From positions 248,001-312,000 of the forward strand of contig LSRY02000020.1 of NCBI GenBank assembly GCA_001643675.2: a stretch of 64,000 nucleotides of DNA. Direction: 5' to 3'. Positions 1 through 12,800 of this stretch are shown piece after piece. This DNA is from Monocercomonoides exilis PA203 (lineage: Eukaryota > Protista > Preaxostyla). Numbering within the stretch: the stretch's first letter is position 1; every line of letters begins with the position of its first letter. The notes under the pieces are model-generated. The model was not told the origin of the DNA, searched no databases, and saw nothing but the letters and a program-made list of their open reading frames with translations. Both the position numbers and the translations under genes were made by a program.

Positions 1-40
1 AAACAAAAAATTTGCAAAAGTTTAAAAAAAAAAGATTTGA

Positions 41-793
41 TTATTTGCGCACATCTTCCCAATTGCGTATGCTGTCGTTCATTTTCTTTTCAGTAATTTT
101 TTGGCGAGATTCGCCAAGTTCAATATCTTTTTGGATCTTTTTAACCGTTTCGTTAAGTGTAGATAAGACTGACTATAAATATATGAGATACAAAAGACAT
201 TATATCTCCATATTAATCGAAAATGCATACAATGCTTTCTTCTTGAAATACTGAAAACTTGCCTGAAATCTCATCCAATTGCTTTAATAGCAAAAGAAAT
301 ATAATTTTGAACAATAGAATAAATCACAAACTTTTTGATGAGATGCATTATCAACTTTTTGTTTCAATGCATACACAACTTGTTTCTTTCCTGCTTTCTG
401 TGAAAGAAGCTCTCGAAGTTGAGTATTTTTCTCTTCTAAACGACAGAATAAAATTAATTTTAAGAAAGGGTATACCAAATTGAAACATTACAAACCCTCG
501 GCCTTCAAAACAGAGTTTATTTGATCAATATCTTTATTGAGTTGACTAATTTTTTGCTTCAGCTGAAATAAAACGTACGAATGTACTTATAAAAGATTAA
601 AAAGAAAAACGTTAATACACACAAATGTATTTTCTTCCTGTAATTTATTTGCTGTTATTTCAAGTTCTTGAGTTTTTCTTTCATTTGTTTCAATTTTTTG
701 TTGAAAAAGAATAAATGTTGCTCTAATAACTGCTTGTATATTTTGCCAATCGTTTCTTCCATCTTTGATGTCTGTGAGAAGAGTATTATCCAT
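41..793 (-). CDS. Spliced coiled-coil hypothetical protein (5 exons)
   Basis: ATG at 793 (MDNTLLTDIKDGRNDWQNIQAVIRATF...). Four GT-AG introns join exons LKQKISQLNKDIDQINSVLKAE, EKNTQLRELLSQKAGKKQVVYALKQKVDNASHQK, QLDEISGKFSVFQEESI and SVLSTLNETVKK...WEDVRK into one frame ending at TAA 41-43. Sequence is heptad-rich. Confidence 0.75.
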
Positions 794-922
794 AAAGTTT
801 GAAAAGTGATCAATAAATACCATAATAAGAAATACACACTCATAAAATGTGAAAATATATATATAACATAAAAAAAAAAATTCAAATAACTCATAAAGCC
901 AAAAAATTATTGAAGTGGCTTT

Positions 923-2059
923 TCAAGAATCCTCCTTTGATGCTTCATCAGAGTTTTCAACTAATGCAGCGCAAGATGTATCTTGTGAAGAATCTTTTGT
1001 TGTGTCATGATCGTCAACATCTCTCTTTTCATTATCTGCATTTCCCTCTTCGCTTGAACCTTCTATTTTTTTGTCTTCTTCAACTTCTTTGTCGACTTTT
1101 TGAAAATCTTCGAATGAAGGAGAAGAGACAGTTCTTTCATTTGATTCATTTCCTTCTTCGTCAACTTTTCTTTCAGCGCCGCCTTGCTCAGAAAGCTCTA
1201 AACTCGTGTCATTTTCGGGCTGAACTTGATTTTTCAGCTTTCCCCAAAGAGATTTTCCAAATAAGCTCATCGATTTCCCAACCGCTAAAAGACTCTTCTT
1301 TCCAGAATCTACAGCAGCTTTTGTTTTTGTAGTGATTCCGGTTTTTTCATCAAATTGTTTTGCTGAATCTTGCAACTTTTGCCACTGAGATGAAACGTTG
1401 TCGGTGACCTTGTACTTTGTGTTTAAAGTTGTCCAAGCTTCAACAGTCTTGTTCTTTGCCATTGTAAAAGTTTCAGCTAAACTGGCTGCAACAACTTTTG
1501 TCGTTTCTTTTAATGTTTCAACAGAATTTTGTTGCGAATCAGTGCGATTTTCGGAGTTTTCTTCTATTTTCTTCTTTAAAATTTCAAAACAAATTTGAAC
1601 AACATGAATAAGAAAAAAAAAATAAATTGAATTTAAAAAAATAAAATATACTTCTTTTTCTGTTTCATTTTGAGAATCACCATTTTCTTGACTGCTTTTT
1701 TGTTCTTCGTCAGCATTGCTATCTGAACCAGTGGAAGAAAATTCTTGCAATTTGTCATTTGAATTTGCATGGTCAGTACCCGAGTCAAAACTGTCTTGAA
1801 GCTTGGCAGCATACGAACTCACTTGCTCATAAAGTTCTTCACACCAAAACAATTTAATATACACGCAAAATTTATTCCATGCTAAAAGAAAAGAAATAAT
1901 ACTTGTAAGTCCTTCCTGATCTTCTGGGGGTGACGACTGCTGAAGCGCCTGTAATTTTTTTATACCTTCTTTATACTCATTTAGAGCACTAGGTACGTCA
2001 TGTTCTTTTTCGAATTTCCATGCAAGATAAAAATGCTTGTCTACTTCTTCTCTGGTCAT
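923..2059 (-). CDS. MIT-domain protein with C-terminal amphipathic helical region
   Basis: N-terminus DKHFYLAWKFEKEHDVPSALNEYKEGIKKL...TKLYEQVSSYAAKL fits the MIT three-helix pattern. Two in-frame introns (1837-1902 and 1574-1651) explain the aberrant hydrophobic stretches in the raw ORF. Confidence 0.7.
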   Translation of the reverse strand: MTREEVDKHFYLAWKFEKEHDVPSALNEYKEGIKKLQALQQSSPPEDQEGLTSIISFLLAWNKFCVYIKLFWCEELYEQVSSYAAKLQDSFDSGTDHANSNDKLQEFSSTGSDSNADEEQKSSQENGDSQNETEKEVYFIFLNSIYFFFLIHVVQICFEILKKKIEENSENRTDSQQNSVETLKETTKVVAASLAETFTMAKNKTVEAWTTLNTKYKVTDNVSSQWQKLQDSAKQFDEKTGITTKTKAAVDSGKKSLLAVGKSMSLFGKSLWGKLKNQVQPENDTSLELSEQGGAERKVDEEGNESNERTVSSPSFEDFQKVDKEVEEDKKIEGSSEEGNADNEKRDVDDHDTTKDSSQDTSCAALVENSDEASKEDS

Positions 2060-2128
2060 ATTAAATTGTTATGGAACAATTGAAGGATACCATATTATAT
2101 TAATTACTAACTTTTAAAACTGTTTTTC

Positions 2129-2792
2129 ATGTCTATATCTCTTCGAGATTTGTTTGAGGCAAGATCCTCGGTTAGAAAATATAAGAGCGATATTGTTCCT
2201 CCTGAAAAAATTGCACGGTATTTTAAGAAAAAACGTATTTTTAACTTTCTGTGAATCTTCGTTTCTGCGTTGCTGTTTACAACAAAAGCATACTACAGTC
2301 TGTGACTTCAACTGTCCCAACTGCAGGAAATCTTCAGGCTTACAAAATTGTTGTGGTGACGGATCCAAAAGTGAAAGAAGCTATTTATAATGCTTCACAT
2401 AAACAAAATCAAATATTAGAAGCACCTGTGTTATTCGTATTTTTTGCAAACACATTGCGTTCATCTGAAAAATATCATACCAGAGGAGTCGAATTGTTTG
2501 CGATTCAAGATGCAGCGAATGCATGCATGATGGCATCTTTGGCATGCACTGAAGAAGGTCTTGGAACATGCTGGGTTGGTGCATTCCATGATTCATCAAT
2601 CCGTGAGGTTTTCATTTTTATTTTGATATTTTCTTTTTATCAATTAATTTTTCCTTGTTAAAAAAGATACTTGGTGCAGGAGAAGGAATGAGGCCAACAT
2701 CCATTTTAACAGTTGGCTTTCCTCAATCGACAACAAAGAGAACAAAAACGAGACGAGGATTCAGCGATCTCGTATCTTTTGACAAATGTTGA
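2129..2792 (+). CDS. Nitroreductase family flavoprotein (3 exons; introns 2218-2288 and 2608-2666)
   Basis: Spliced protein MSISLRDLFEARSSVRKY...VPTAGNLQAYKIVVV...AIQDAANACMMASLACTEEGLGTCWVGAF...RPTSILTVGFP...RRGFSDLV. It carries the RxSxRxY, P(S/T)AGNxQ and GLGTCWVG nitroreductase motifs. Confidence 0.92.
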
Positions 2793-3140
2793 ACGATTTA
2801 CACTGTTATTTACCGTTGTTTTATCACATTTTTTTTAAATTTGATAATTTTTCCCACACTTGTGGATTATATGTTGGTGGAAGAGATGCAAAAGTAAGTG
2901 AGCTCTAGAAAATGTACTTTTATATCTTATTAAACATTAAATTGTAAGAAAAAATTGAACAATCTAATTTGAGGCTTGAGAGAATTCTTTGATTTAAAAA
3001 TATTATTTTGCAATATCTTTCTTGAATCCATCAATCTTTTGTCAGTTATTTGTTACGTGATAACAACTTGAGCACAAGCACGAACAGTTGACCATGCGAT
3101 AACCGAACATTCACCATTCATATCACTTCAAACTCCTCTT

Positions 3141-6100
3141 TCATCTGTTACGATCAATTTTATTTCCTTCTTCCGCACTTGTCTTCTTAATCATTTCATC
3201 CACAAGAGATGATACAAATCTTCTTGTTGTCGAAGAAAAACGAGACATAACACGTTCAGAATCTTCGAGAGAGCAATGGAAAATGGCATCTCGGAGGCAA
3301 ATTGCAACGCTAATACGGATTGTGTCAACTGAGTGCTGCTGAAGAGACAACAAAGAAGGAAGAATTCGAAGAAGAACAGCTAAACAGCACTTTGAAACAA
3401 TAAAGTTAGGATTTTTGTCGAGATTAAATGGTGAAGACGATGATTGTTGATGAGCTGTCGAAGATGATGCTGAAAGAAATGGAGATTTTGGTGGAGCAAT
3501 AGAAGATGATCCAGCGCTTTCAGGTTGAGAAGAAGTGACAATTTCACCCAAGATTTCGCACATGGCATCAATCACAGGTGGATAAAGTTTCAGCCAATGC
3601 TCAATTGATATGAAATCTGGTGTTGTTGGGTGACATACTTCGCTTTCTTCTTCTTTCATATGCTCATCCTGTTTTTCATCCATACTTTCTTTGTCAGATT
3701 GTTGCTCAACTTTGTCATTAGACATCTTCGAAGTGGAAGAGCTGTCTTTATCTTGCTCAACGAATCTTCCGATTCTCCAAGTCACACACTCAACAATCGT
3801 TTTTAGCATCTTTAATCGAATGTCTTTGCACTCAATGAATTCTTCACTCGAAAGATTATGAACATTATCAGTATCAAGCCATGCCTCCTTCAAAATTTCA
3901 TTATTCTCATTTATGACTGGCTCTTCTGTCTTCCATTTAGCCTCATCATTCGCATTCATGTCAAGTTGCTTGTCTTCTTCCATTTTCCCTTCTTTTCTTT
4001 CCTTTCCTTCCTTCCCTTCCTTCCCTTCCATTTTAATTGCATCGAGAAGCTTGCTAAAGAGATTTGTAACAGCCTCATGGGCATCTGAGCCAATTCCTCT
4101 CGAACACCCTTCGACCACAACACTCAAAAAAGGATCAAGACATTCAGAACACAACATAAACCGAGCTTGAGATGAACTTTCTGCTGACGAGGCTGCTTTC
4201 TCATTCTTTTGGGGAAATATCAAAAAGTGCAAGCGCTTGCCCACAAACGCATCAAACACGAGCTCAGCGCCTTCAATCAAATTTGGTGCAGAAGGGTCAG
4301 AAAGAGGGTTCAGCGGCTTGTTTGAAGCACTCAGCAGCGAAGAGGGCAGGACAGCTGAAAGATAAGACGAGAACGAAGAATACTTCCAAAACGGCTTGTC
4401 TGCTGATGAATGGGATGCCATCGAGGTTGACTGAGGAGAGTGTGCCGAAGAAGACGGAGTTGTCGCAGGCGACGCTGCTTCGTCCTGAAGAAGCTCGTCG
4501 TGCCAATCGATCACCTGCTGAACGGCTGCAACGACATATTTCACGAAGCACTGGACAAGCTTCTCGGATGACATCGCGTCCTCAGATGAAAGTTCTTTTA
4601 GCTTTTCTACGACTTCATTGACTTCTTTTTTGTATTGTTGCTTAGCCTCATTTTCATTTGTTGATGGACTTTGCGAATCCTGCTGCTGAAAACGATATGC
4701 GTCTGTGCTTTTAATTTCATTATTTTGCTCTCCTGTTTCATCACTCTGCATATCTTTTGTCACGCCTGCCTTTGTCGCTTGCGCAGAAGACAAAGAAGAA
4801 CTTAAAGCGGATTCTGAATTTGATTGAATGCCGTTTTGATTTGATGATTGCACCTTTGCTGCTGCAACAGTTGAAGAAAAAGCTTGAACTTGCGATTTTT
4901 GAGATGAAAGTGTATTTAAAGTGGAGATCTCTGATTTTGCCGAAGTATTCGACGTTTTTGGCCTTTTGCTGAATGCTGGCGCAGGAGCATAGCGCTTTAA
5001 CAACACAGGCACTTCTGCTGAAGTTACAGAGGAAATTGTGTTCTTTGGCGAAATAGACGAAGATGAACTGATTTCACTGCTTGTGCTATTTGGAGAAGAC
5101 TTATTAGCTTTTCCTTTTGTTTGCTGATTAGATGATTGAGACTTATCAGCTTCTATTTGTATTGAAGACGCTCCAATTGCGTTGGCTTCATTGCTTATTG
5201 TTTTTGGTGATGTGGACTTGAAGTGTGGTGAAGGTGCTTGAGAAGGCGTGGGAGAAGTGGAAGATGAAGCAGAAAGAGAAGCCTTTGTGGCTTGTGGCAT
5301 TGAAGAGTTGTTTGAAGCTGGAAATGATTTGGATGCTGTTGAAGTCTCAGCATTTTGTGATGCAGAAGGCAATGGACTTCCAACTGGATTGCTTTCCTTT
5401 GATGATTTTGGACAAAACAGAATAATATCTCCTTCCTCAAAGTCACTTAGCTGCTTTTTTTTAAGGCTCTTTTTAGCTCGTGGCCTTTTCCAAGGAGGAA
5501 GTGCATCTGCCGTCACACTTGAATTAGAAGAGATTGATGAAGAAGACGAAAAGGCTGTTGAGTTGAGCTTGGAAGCTGAAGATGATTCTGATTGAACAGA
5601 CTGAGAAGACTGAGATGCTGATTGAAGCGCTGATTCAGACTTGCCATCAAATAAAGTTGAAGAAGAAGGGCGAAATGAAGAAGCTGAAGAGAAATCTGAA
5701 ATGGAAGAGGAAAAATTATTATTTTCAGAAGATAACAAAGCAGGAGCACTTTGTGATGCTTGTATAGAAGAATTAGCCGAAAGATCTTCAGTTTGCTTTT
5801 GAAGTGGTTGAGAAGAAGAAAAACTTGATGATAGAGGTGTTGTGTTAGACGAACGAAATGAAATAATCCCGTCATTTCCTTCCATTATCCTTTGTCGAAC
5901 AATCTCAATCTGCGAAAACAATTTATCTTTTTCTGAGGCCAACAGTTCGGCCATCTTTGGCTCTATGCTTTCCTTGATATTTACTGTTCGTTCTGGCCAA
6001 ACCTCGTTAAAAATCCAAAAGCATTGCCTTCCTGTTAACCTCACCTCAGGATCTGCATCTCGTAACATTGAAACTATACTTTGTTCCAAAAGAGAAATGT

Positions 6101-6719
6101 TTTTGTCCGTCAAAGTCGTGACAACAAATGGAGTGATATCTGATTGTTGAAAAGATTGATTCATGGAGATATATTGCGTTGCAATAATGAAGCGAATATA
6201 ATCACCGCAACGCTGGCGCAAGTTCACTGCTGTTCCCTTTGACATCGACGATTGAGCAATCGAGTTTAAAGTCTTATTGCAAGGGCAATAGCGAAGCAAA
6301 GCCATCATACAACGATGACCACAATCTTTCATCAACAAGTTGGAAGCCCCGAGCATTTTTTTGAAGTCTCCCACAAAAAAATCAGCAATTCCTTCAAATT
6401 TTCTTCCGCAATTCGCGATGATATCAACAAATGTGGAGCCTAATTCCTTCACAAAATACGAACGAGGATCTTTGAATTGCTCATTGAGATAAGAGTGCAA
6501 TGGTCCTTGAAAGTATTGCAGGAAAATTGGATTTTGAGCATTTCCACCAAGCGCTAAGCCACGTAAAGTTTGAATTGCTTTTAAACGACTATTCCAATCA
6601 TCATCTTTGATTTTAACGCTCTCAAGGATTTTTAACACTTCTTCCATTTTTGAAACCAATTCTAAATCTTTTGTACATGAAATAATCTCCGCTCCATCTT
6701 GAGACAGAGCTTGAGACAT
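3141..6719 (-). CDS. CLASP: CLASP-family microtubule regulator (CLASP_N TOG domain, Ser-rich linker, C-terminal HEAT/TOG-like region)
   Basis: Intronless 1192-aa ORF. DDWNSRLKAIQTLRGL, FKDPRSYFVKE, LRQRCGDYI and LRDADPEVRLTGRQCFWIFNEVWPER match CLASP_N HEAT repeats. The C-terminal LQHSVDTIRISVAICL resembles the CLASP terminal HEAT repeats. Confidence 0.85.
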   Translation of the reverse strand: MSQALSQDGAEIISCTKDLELVSKMEEVLKILESVKIKDDDWNSRLKAIQTLRGLALGGNAQNPIFLQYFQGPLHSYLNEQFKDPRSYFVKELGSTFVDIIANCGRKFEGIADFFVGDFKKMLGASNLLMKDCGHRCMMALLRYCPCNKTLNSIAQSSMSKGTAVNLRQRCGDYIRFIIATQYISMNQSFQQSDITPFVVTTLTDKNISLLEQSIVSMLRDADPEVRLTGRQCFWIFNEVWPERTVNIKESIEPKMAELLASEKDKLFSQIEIVRQRIMEGNDGIISFRSSNTTPLSSSFSSSQPLQKQTEDLSANSSIQASQSAPALLSSENNNFSSSISDFSSASSFRPSSSTLFDGKSESALQSASQSSQSVQSESSSASKLNSTAFSSSSSISSNSSVTADALPPWKRPRAKKSLKKKQLSDFEEGDIILFCPKSSKESNPVGSPLPSASQNAETSTASKSFPASNNSSMPQATKASLSASSSTSPTPSQAPSPHFKSTSPKTISNEANAIGASSIQIEADKSQSSNQQTKGKANKSSPNSTSSEISSSSSISPKNTISSVTSAEVPVLLKRYAPAPAFSKRPKTSNTSAKSEISTLNTLSSQKSQVQAFSSTVAAAKVQSSNQNGIQSNSESALSSSLSSAQATKAGVTKDMQSDETGEQNNEIKSTDAYRFQQQDSQSPSTNENEAKQQYKKEVNEVVEKLKELSSEDAMSSEKLVQCFVKYVVAAVQQVIDWHDELLQDEAASPATTPSSSAHSPQSTSMASHSSADKPFWKYSSFSSYLSAVLPSSLLSASNKPLNPLSDPSAPNLIEGAELVFDAFVGKRLHFLIFPQKNEKAASSAESSSQARFMLCSECLDPFLSVVVEGCSRGIGSDAHEAVTNLFSKLLDAIKMEGKEGKEGKERKEGKMEEDKQLDMNANDEAKWKTEEPVINENNEILKEAWLDTDNVHNLSSEEFIECKDIRLKMLKTIVECVTWRIGRFVEQDKDSSSTSKMSNDKVEQQSDKESMDEKQDEHMKEEESEVCHPTTPDFISIEHWLKLYPPVIDAMCEILGEIVTSSQPESAGSSSIAPPKSPFLSASSSTAHQQSSSSPFNLDKNPNFIVSKCCLAVLLRILPSLLSLQQHSVDTIRISVAICLRDAIFHCSLEDSERVMSRFSSTTRRFVSSLVDEMIKKTSAEEGNKIDRNR

Positions 6720-6823
6720 GAGTAATCACGATTCCTGATATTTTGTTTCAAAAATAAAAAATATTATTATATCTGGATCAGCAAATTTTTGTTTTAATTT
6801 TAAAAGAATATTTCCCAATAATA

Positions 6824-9800
6824 ATGCAAAATTTAGATTACACAGATGATCTCATAGTTGATTATTTAATATTTCGAGGTTTTACTCAATCATGTGAACA
6901 ATTTCAAATGGAAAGAAAGAAAGATAATAATCGAGGATTTTCACCAGAAAAAATTGTCCAAAGAATTATGGAATTGCTTGAAATAGGAAATCTAAGTGGA
7001 TTTTGTGAGTATTGGGAATATTTCAATCGAAGATATTTTTCACAGATGGGAAGTTCAATTCGTGAATCCGTTTCAAATTACAAATTATCTCTGTTGAAGT
7101 TTTATATCATCAGTGCAATAAAACATAATAACATCAAAGCCTTACAAGCATTTTTAGTAAGCTTTTCAGGTGATATGCTCAATGAGACAGAGTGGATTCC
7201 TTGGATGCGCCTTTTAACGCAAATTCTTTCAATAGCAAGCTTTTCGAACTATAATATTGGGAAAATAGACGGAAAGTTATCTTCAAATGCACACAATAGT
7301 GCCCCCAAGCCATTATATGAATCTGAGCATGGATATTTTTCTGAAAGAAAAGATTCATTTATTCATTCGCCAATTATTTCAAAAGATTTTGATCATATGC
7401 ATCGCTCTTCAATTCCATTTAACAGACAAGACAAAGAAGGTTTCTCATCTTCCGTTCATTCAAAAAATGCATCTCATTTTTCCTTTTCTGGAGGAGATTA
7501 TCCATTTCAATCAATGAAAATACAAGGTGCAAATCAAATTCTTTCATTTATTCCTCAAGTTGAGCCTTCAAACATGACACCAAATGTTCCACAGCCATTT
7601 TCTAACTCGTTGCATCACAGTAGCATTTCGGAATCAATGATGCCAAATGCCTTTCTTTCTTCTTCTTCATTTGAAGCAGAAGTCGGTCGGAATGGTTCGA
7701 ATGACTTTTCCAATATGTCTTCTTTGTATTCTTCTTTGAAAGAATTTACACAATCAAGCTCTTTGACGCTTGATGATCCTTCTGCTAGCCATTCTGCGAG
7801 TAGTTCATTTTCATCATCATCAGTCAATCAAAGGATTGGCGCTTCATCAAGTTCGATTTCATCGCTTTCTCCATCTCCCCCACTGCACTCGCCTTCAATT
7901 TCTTCGTCTCCTCCTTCAGAACGAGACTTCTCTGCATCTTCACCACACTCCATTGCTCAATCGCCTCCAAATCAGTCGCGTTTGAATCGAGCAGCGAGTG
8001 ACAATGAAGACAACAGCACATCTGATTATTTCGTATCATCGTCAAATACATCTTCCTCAGCATTAGCTCAGTCATCGCAAACAGGTGAATCTTCGCCCAT
8101 TTTCAAGATGTCTTCATATCCATACAGGAACCTCTCCCATGATCCTGCAACTGCCTCAAAGCAGCTGTCATTGGCTGAGAAGGTGATGCTGGCTGATCCG
8201 ATGTTTGTGCTGTATTTCACCAGCGAATGGGCAGCAAACCTGTTTGTCGGGCTGACAAACCTCTTCCGCTCGCTGTTTGCGATGGTGGAGGTGCCAGAGC
8301 TGCTGCTGTGGAGATGGAACGAAGACGAAAGAAATCGCGTTTTATCTGAAAATGAAGCCCTGAAAAGCCACATTGCTGCGTTAAAGAGAGAATTAGTATG
8401 ATTTTGAATTGAAGATAATTACAAAAGATTTATATATTGTTATATGTGTCCATTTTTATTTTTTATTTTCTTTTTTTCTTTCTTTTTCTTTTTCTTTTTC
8501 AACTTTATTGTTTTGACAATAATTATTTGTTTGAAATATCATTTGAATGATAATTTACAGACTTCACAGGAATCAACTTTGATGTTCTCAAAAGAGAGGC
8601 GCATCGAACAAGACAGGCAAATTGCCTTGCTGAATCAAGAAATTAAAGAACTGAATGGAACAATCAGCTGCTTAGAGAGAAATATGTTATGCAATAAAAT
8701 ACTAAGCGAAAAGGCGGCTGAAGAGAAAGAAATCAGAACATGGAAAGAAAGAAGAAAAGCACGAAAAGATGTTTTGTTGAGACAGAAATTAACAGAAACT
8801 GGAATGAATTTTGTGAAAGACGTCAACGAGAAATGGAAATTTAAGGCAAAAGCGATGAAAGAGCGTATGCATGACATTATGGCGATGGAGCGGATGGCTA
8901 TTCGGAAGGAGAAGAGGAAAGTGAAGCAGCTGATGGCAAAAGCACAAAAGGAGAAAATTCACAATGCACTTTCTGCATTGGATGCGAAGAAGAGAAGAAT
9001 AGCAGAAGCGGAAAAGTCTCAAAGGGAAGGAACAATTGGAAGAAGCAAACGATTAGAAAGCAAAATCCAAGGGGGATTTGAGGAGGAGGATGATGATGAA
9101 GAGTATGAAGAAGAAGAGGAAGAATATGAAGAAGAATATGAAGAAGAGGAGGATGCTGCTGCAGATCATGCAAAGCATGCACTTGGCGAAGAGGCAAATG
9201 TCAACATCAAAGAAAACAGTACAACTGAAACATCTGCTGATGCGCTTCCTTCAACAGAAGTGAGCTTTGCTGAGCATTCGAGTAAATTGGAATCAGCCAC
9301 AAATGAAAGTGCACAAAAGCTTTCATCTTCATCAAGCTTCTCTGCAAAATCAACAAAAACACATTCATTGAATTCTGTTTCTCAATGCAAATGCAGTTGT
9401 CGATGTGTTCATTGCAGAAGATGTGTTAGAAAAAGACGAGCTTTGCATATTCCTCATTGTCATGCAATGCCATCAGAATCATCTTCTTTGCATCATTCCA
9501 TTAAGAGACTTCACAACAAAAGGCAAATTTTGTTCAAAAGAGCAGCTTGTTTAAGTCTCGAACAAAAAACACAAAACGAACAGAGTCAACAAGATAAAGA
9601 AGGAAGGCAAAATATACAGAGCACTGAAACAGAGAATGAAGAAAAATGTGAAATTGGAGGAATCAATCAGGAATTTTCAAAGAGAGAGGCAAAAATAATG
9701 GAAGAGATGGACGACGAAAAAGATGAAGATGAAATGGAAAGAGAGAGAGAAAGAGAAAATGGAGAAGACGAAGATGATCTAATGAGCGATATTTGCAGCT

Positions 9801-12800
9801 GCACAAGCTCTTATTGTGATGTTGATTCTGAAGAAGAGAATGGAAGTGAAGAGGCAGATGAAGAAGAAGCAAGTGAACCAGTACAAATCAATATTAGCCA
9901 TCTCAATTCATCTCCAAAAACACAAAATTCTTCCTCAACATCTCAATTTGCTTCACCAAATGAGGTTTCTTCAGCTTCTTCGCAGTCTTCATCTCCAAAC
10001 AATTTATCTTATACAGATATTCCTTCATCACTTTTGTTATCTCTAAAAAAGCTATCAAAGCACATTCCATCTTCTGGTTGGATTTTCATTGAAGACGCAG
10101 ATCAGCAACAGCAATTAGAAAAGGAAAGCTTTTCTGAAAGTTCATGTCAATCAAATCAAGCAAATGCTAAAAGCATTCAGCTATCAAATTTCAATGAAAA
10201 TATCCAAAAACAAATGAAAAATAAGTTAAAGTCAAACATGATCCGCCTTCTCCTTTCCACTTCATTGCTCACTCTTTCATCGACTTCTCTTGTTTCTGCC
10301 AATCCATTCAAGAAACCTTTTCCATCGTATCCTTTTCGACTAATCCAAGCAAACTGTTCTTTGGCCATAACACCTTCACTTCTGCAAAGCTCCAATACTC
10401 ATTCAACATCTGAAAGTGAGTCAAGTGAAATGCAAATGCCAATTTCTCAGACTCAACCTTCTTCTTGTCCATTAGCTGCAACTAGCATTGTTGCCTCATC
10501 ACAAGATTCATTATTCAAGCTCAATCAATACTCAGCTCCATCATCACAGGGAATTAATCAATCATTCAATCCACCTCGTAATGCTATGCAGAACATGCCT
10601 TATCATCCACTTGTACCTCCACAACCAGTTTCTCCTTCTTCATCTCCTTCTTTGTCATCTATTCCAATGCTTATCTCATCTTCCCCTCCATCACTTATCC
10701 TTTCTTCATCAATCTACTTTTCCTTTGCTGTACAGCACACGCCAATTGCAAACCCCTTTTCAAGCAGGCACGTTTCTGAACAGCCAACAATTCAATCCTC
10801 TTCACAAGAGCATTCACTTTCCTCCGCTTCCACTTCGTCTCCTGTTCTTCTTCCATTGCGCACTCCCCACTTCATTGCATCCTGCTTCTCTCCTCCGTTC
10901 TTGTCTTCAGCACTGACACAACTCCTTGACTCTGCTCTTTCATCAACAATAGAATCAACTCTTTTACCGTCTTCATCTTCTTCCTTCGACTTGACAGATT
11001 TTTATTCATCCTCACCCTCTTCTTCTCCTTCGATTTTATCTCATTCAGCTGTTTCTGATGTTTTAGTGAAAAACTCACAGAAACTTGTCTTCACTGGCCA
11101 TGAAAGAGCCAAAGAAGGGTCATTGAAGCACTCTTCTCCTGTGTTCAATTCAAACAAAAACGGAAGCGAAGATGTACAAGAAACAGCTGATGAGTCTGAT
11201 TCACAGCACAAAGCACTACCGAAAAAAGAGACAAAAACAGGATTTTTTGGATCGAGTTCAAGAAAATTGGCAAAAGCAGAGAAGGAGAAGGAGAAAGAAA
11301 GAGAGAAAGAGAAAGAAAAGGAAAAACAGAGAAGTGCTAACCAATCTCCATTTGACGGAGCTGACTCGGCCACCACAATGTCCAAAGGGGTGGAAGGAGC
11401 AAGTGCTGGCTGGAGAAATTCAGTCAACTCGGATTCCTCATCTCACACTCCGCCTCTCACACAAAAGCAGAAATGGAACAGACTCATTGCTTTGGCAGAT
11501 GATACAGGACGTGTGCTGATCTTTGATGCTGCTGTCAGTGCAGCTGAAATGGAAGAGCTGAAGCGGCTGAGGAGGAGAGAGACGCTGGTGATGGTGGATC
11601 AGATGTTTGAGTGGTGGGAAAGAGAAGAAGGATGCTCTGGTGGAATGGACTTAATTAGCAAGGCACCTTATGACAGCAGGATTTTCAACAGAAGGCTGAG
11701 GAAACGCAAAGAAGAGAGTTACAGCAACGAAGGAATCGGAATCCAAACAGAAGAGAAAAACGGCAAAGGCCCAACAGCTGGAGGATTGGACAAGAATCAT
11801 GGAAAGTCATCAGCACAGTCTTCAAGCGGCAATGAAATTGGAAGCAATGACAAATTAAAGGGAAGGGCTTCTGAAGATACGCAAAACAATGATATTAGCA
11901 GGAGGAGTTACATTTCTGATGAAGCAAATGAATTTAGCGATGAAGAAAGTCTTTTCGACTCGCTTGATGATGAAGAAGATAGCTTCTCGGAGGATCTTGA
12001 CGATGATTTGCTGTGTGTGAATGAAGAGGAGACAAAAAGAATCGTTCAGACTCAAGCTTTCGACGCGCAACAAGGAAAAGAGAGTACAACTGACTCTTAT
12101 GAATCGCTGAAGCAATCGATCCAAATTCAAAAGCTGCAATCTGGCTCTTCAAACATTACGTCCAGATCAGCCGAAAGCATTCTCCGCGAACAGAAGCTGC
12201 GGAAGCTCTTCAGCCGAGCAAAAGCGCGAGAACAGCTCAAAAAGCGCATCGAAAGAGAGCGGAAGAAAGAGGCGCTTGTTTACGAGAGAGATCTTTTCTG
12301 GCAGTACCGCCAGGTTCAGCGCTGGGTGCAGCTGCGGACTCGGCGGAGTCGAATGCTGCGGCGCATGAAGCAATACGAAGACACGCTGAACATGGCGATG
12401 AAAAGAGCACAAGCAAATTGGATAAAGTCGCATGCCATTCAGGCATCGTTGAATACAAAGCGCATTCTTCCGCCACAGGCACCACCTCCTGCGTCTCATT
12501 CATCATCATCTTCTTCTTCTTCTTCTTCATATTCTCTTTTGCCAGCTGGACCGATTGCTCCAACGCCTCGTCAGTCACAGGCTTCTTTGCCCGATGATCA
12601 TCGCACCCATCTCTTCCATAGCCATCAGATGAGCTCTGAATTCAGACATCATTCACCTTCAAATTCTGGTTCATTCAATTTCTCAGGCATTCCTGCTCTT
12701 CCCACGTCTCTCTTCAGCACTTATCCAATTGCTCTTTTATTCCCAGTCTCAGCACGCACAACCTGTCTTGACTGGACAGCAGCCCCGACGCAACAAGCGC

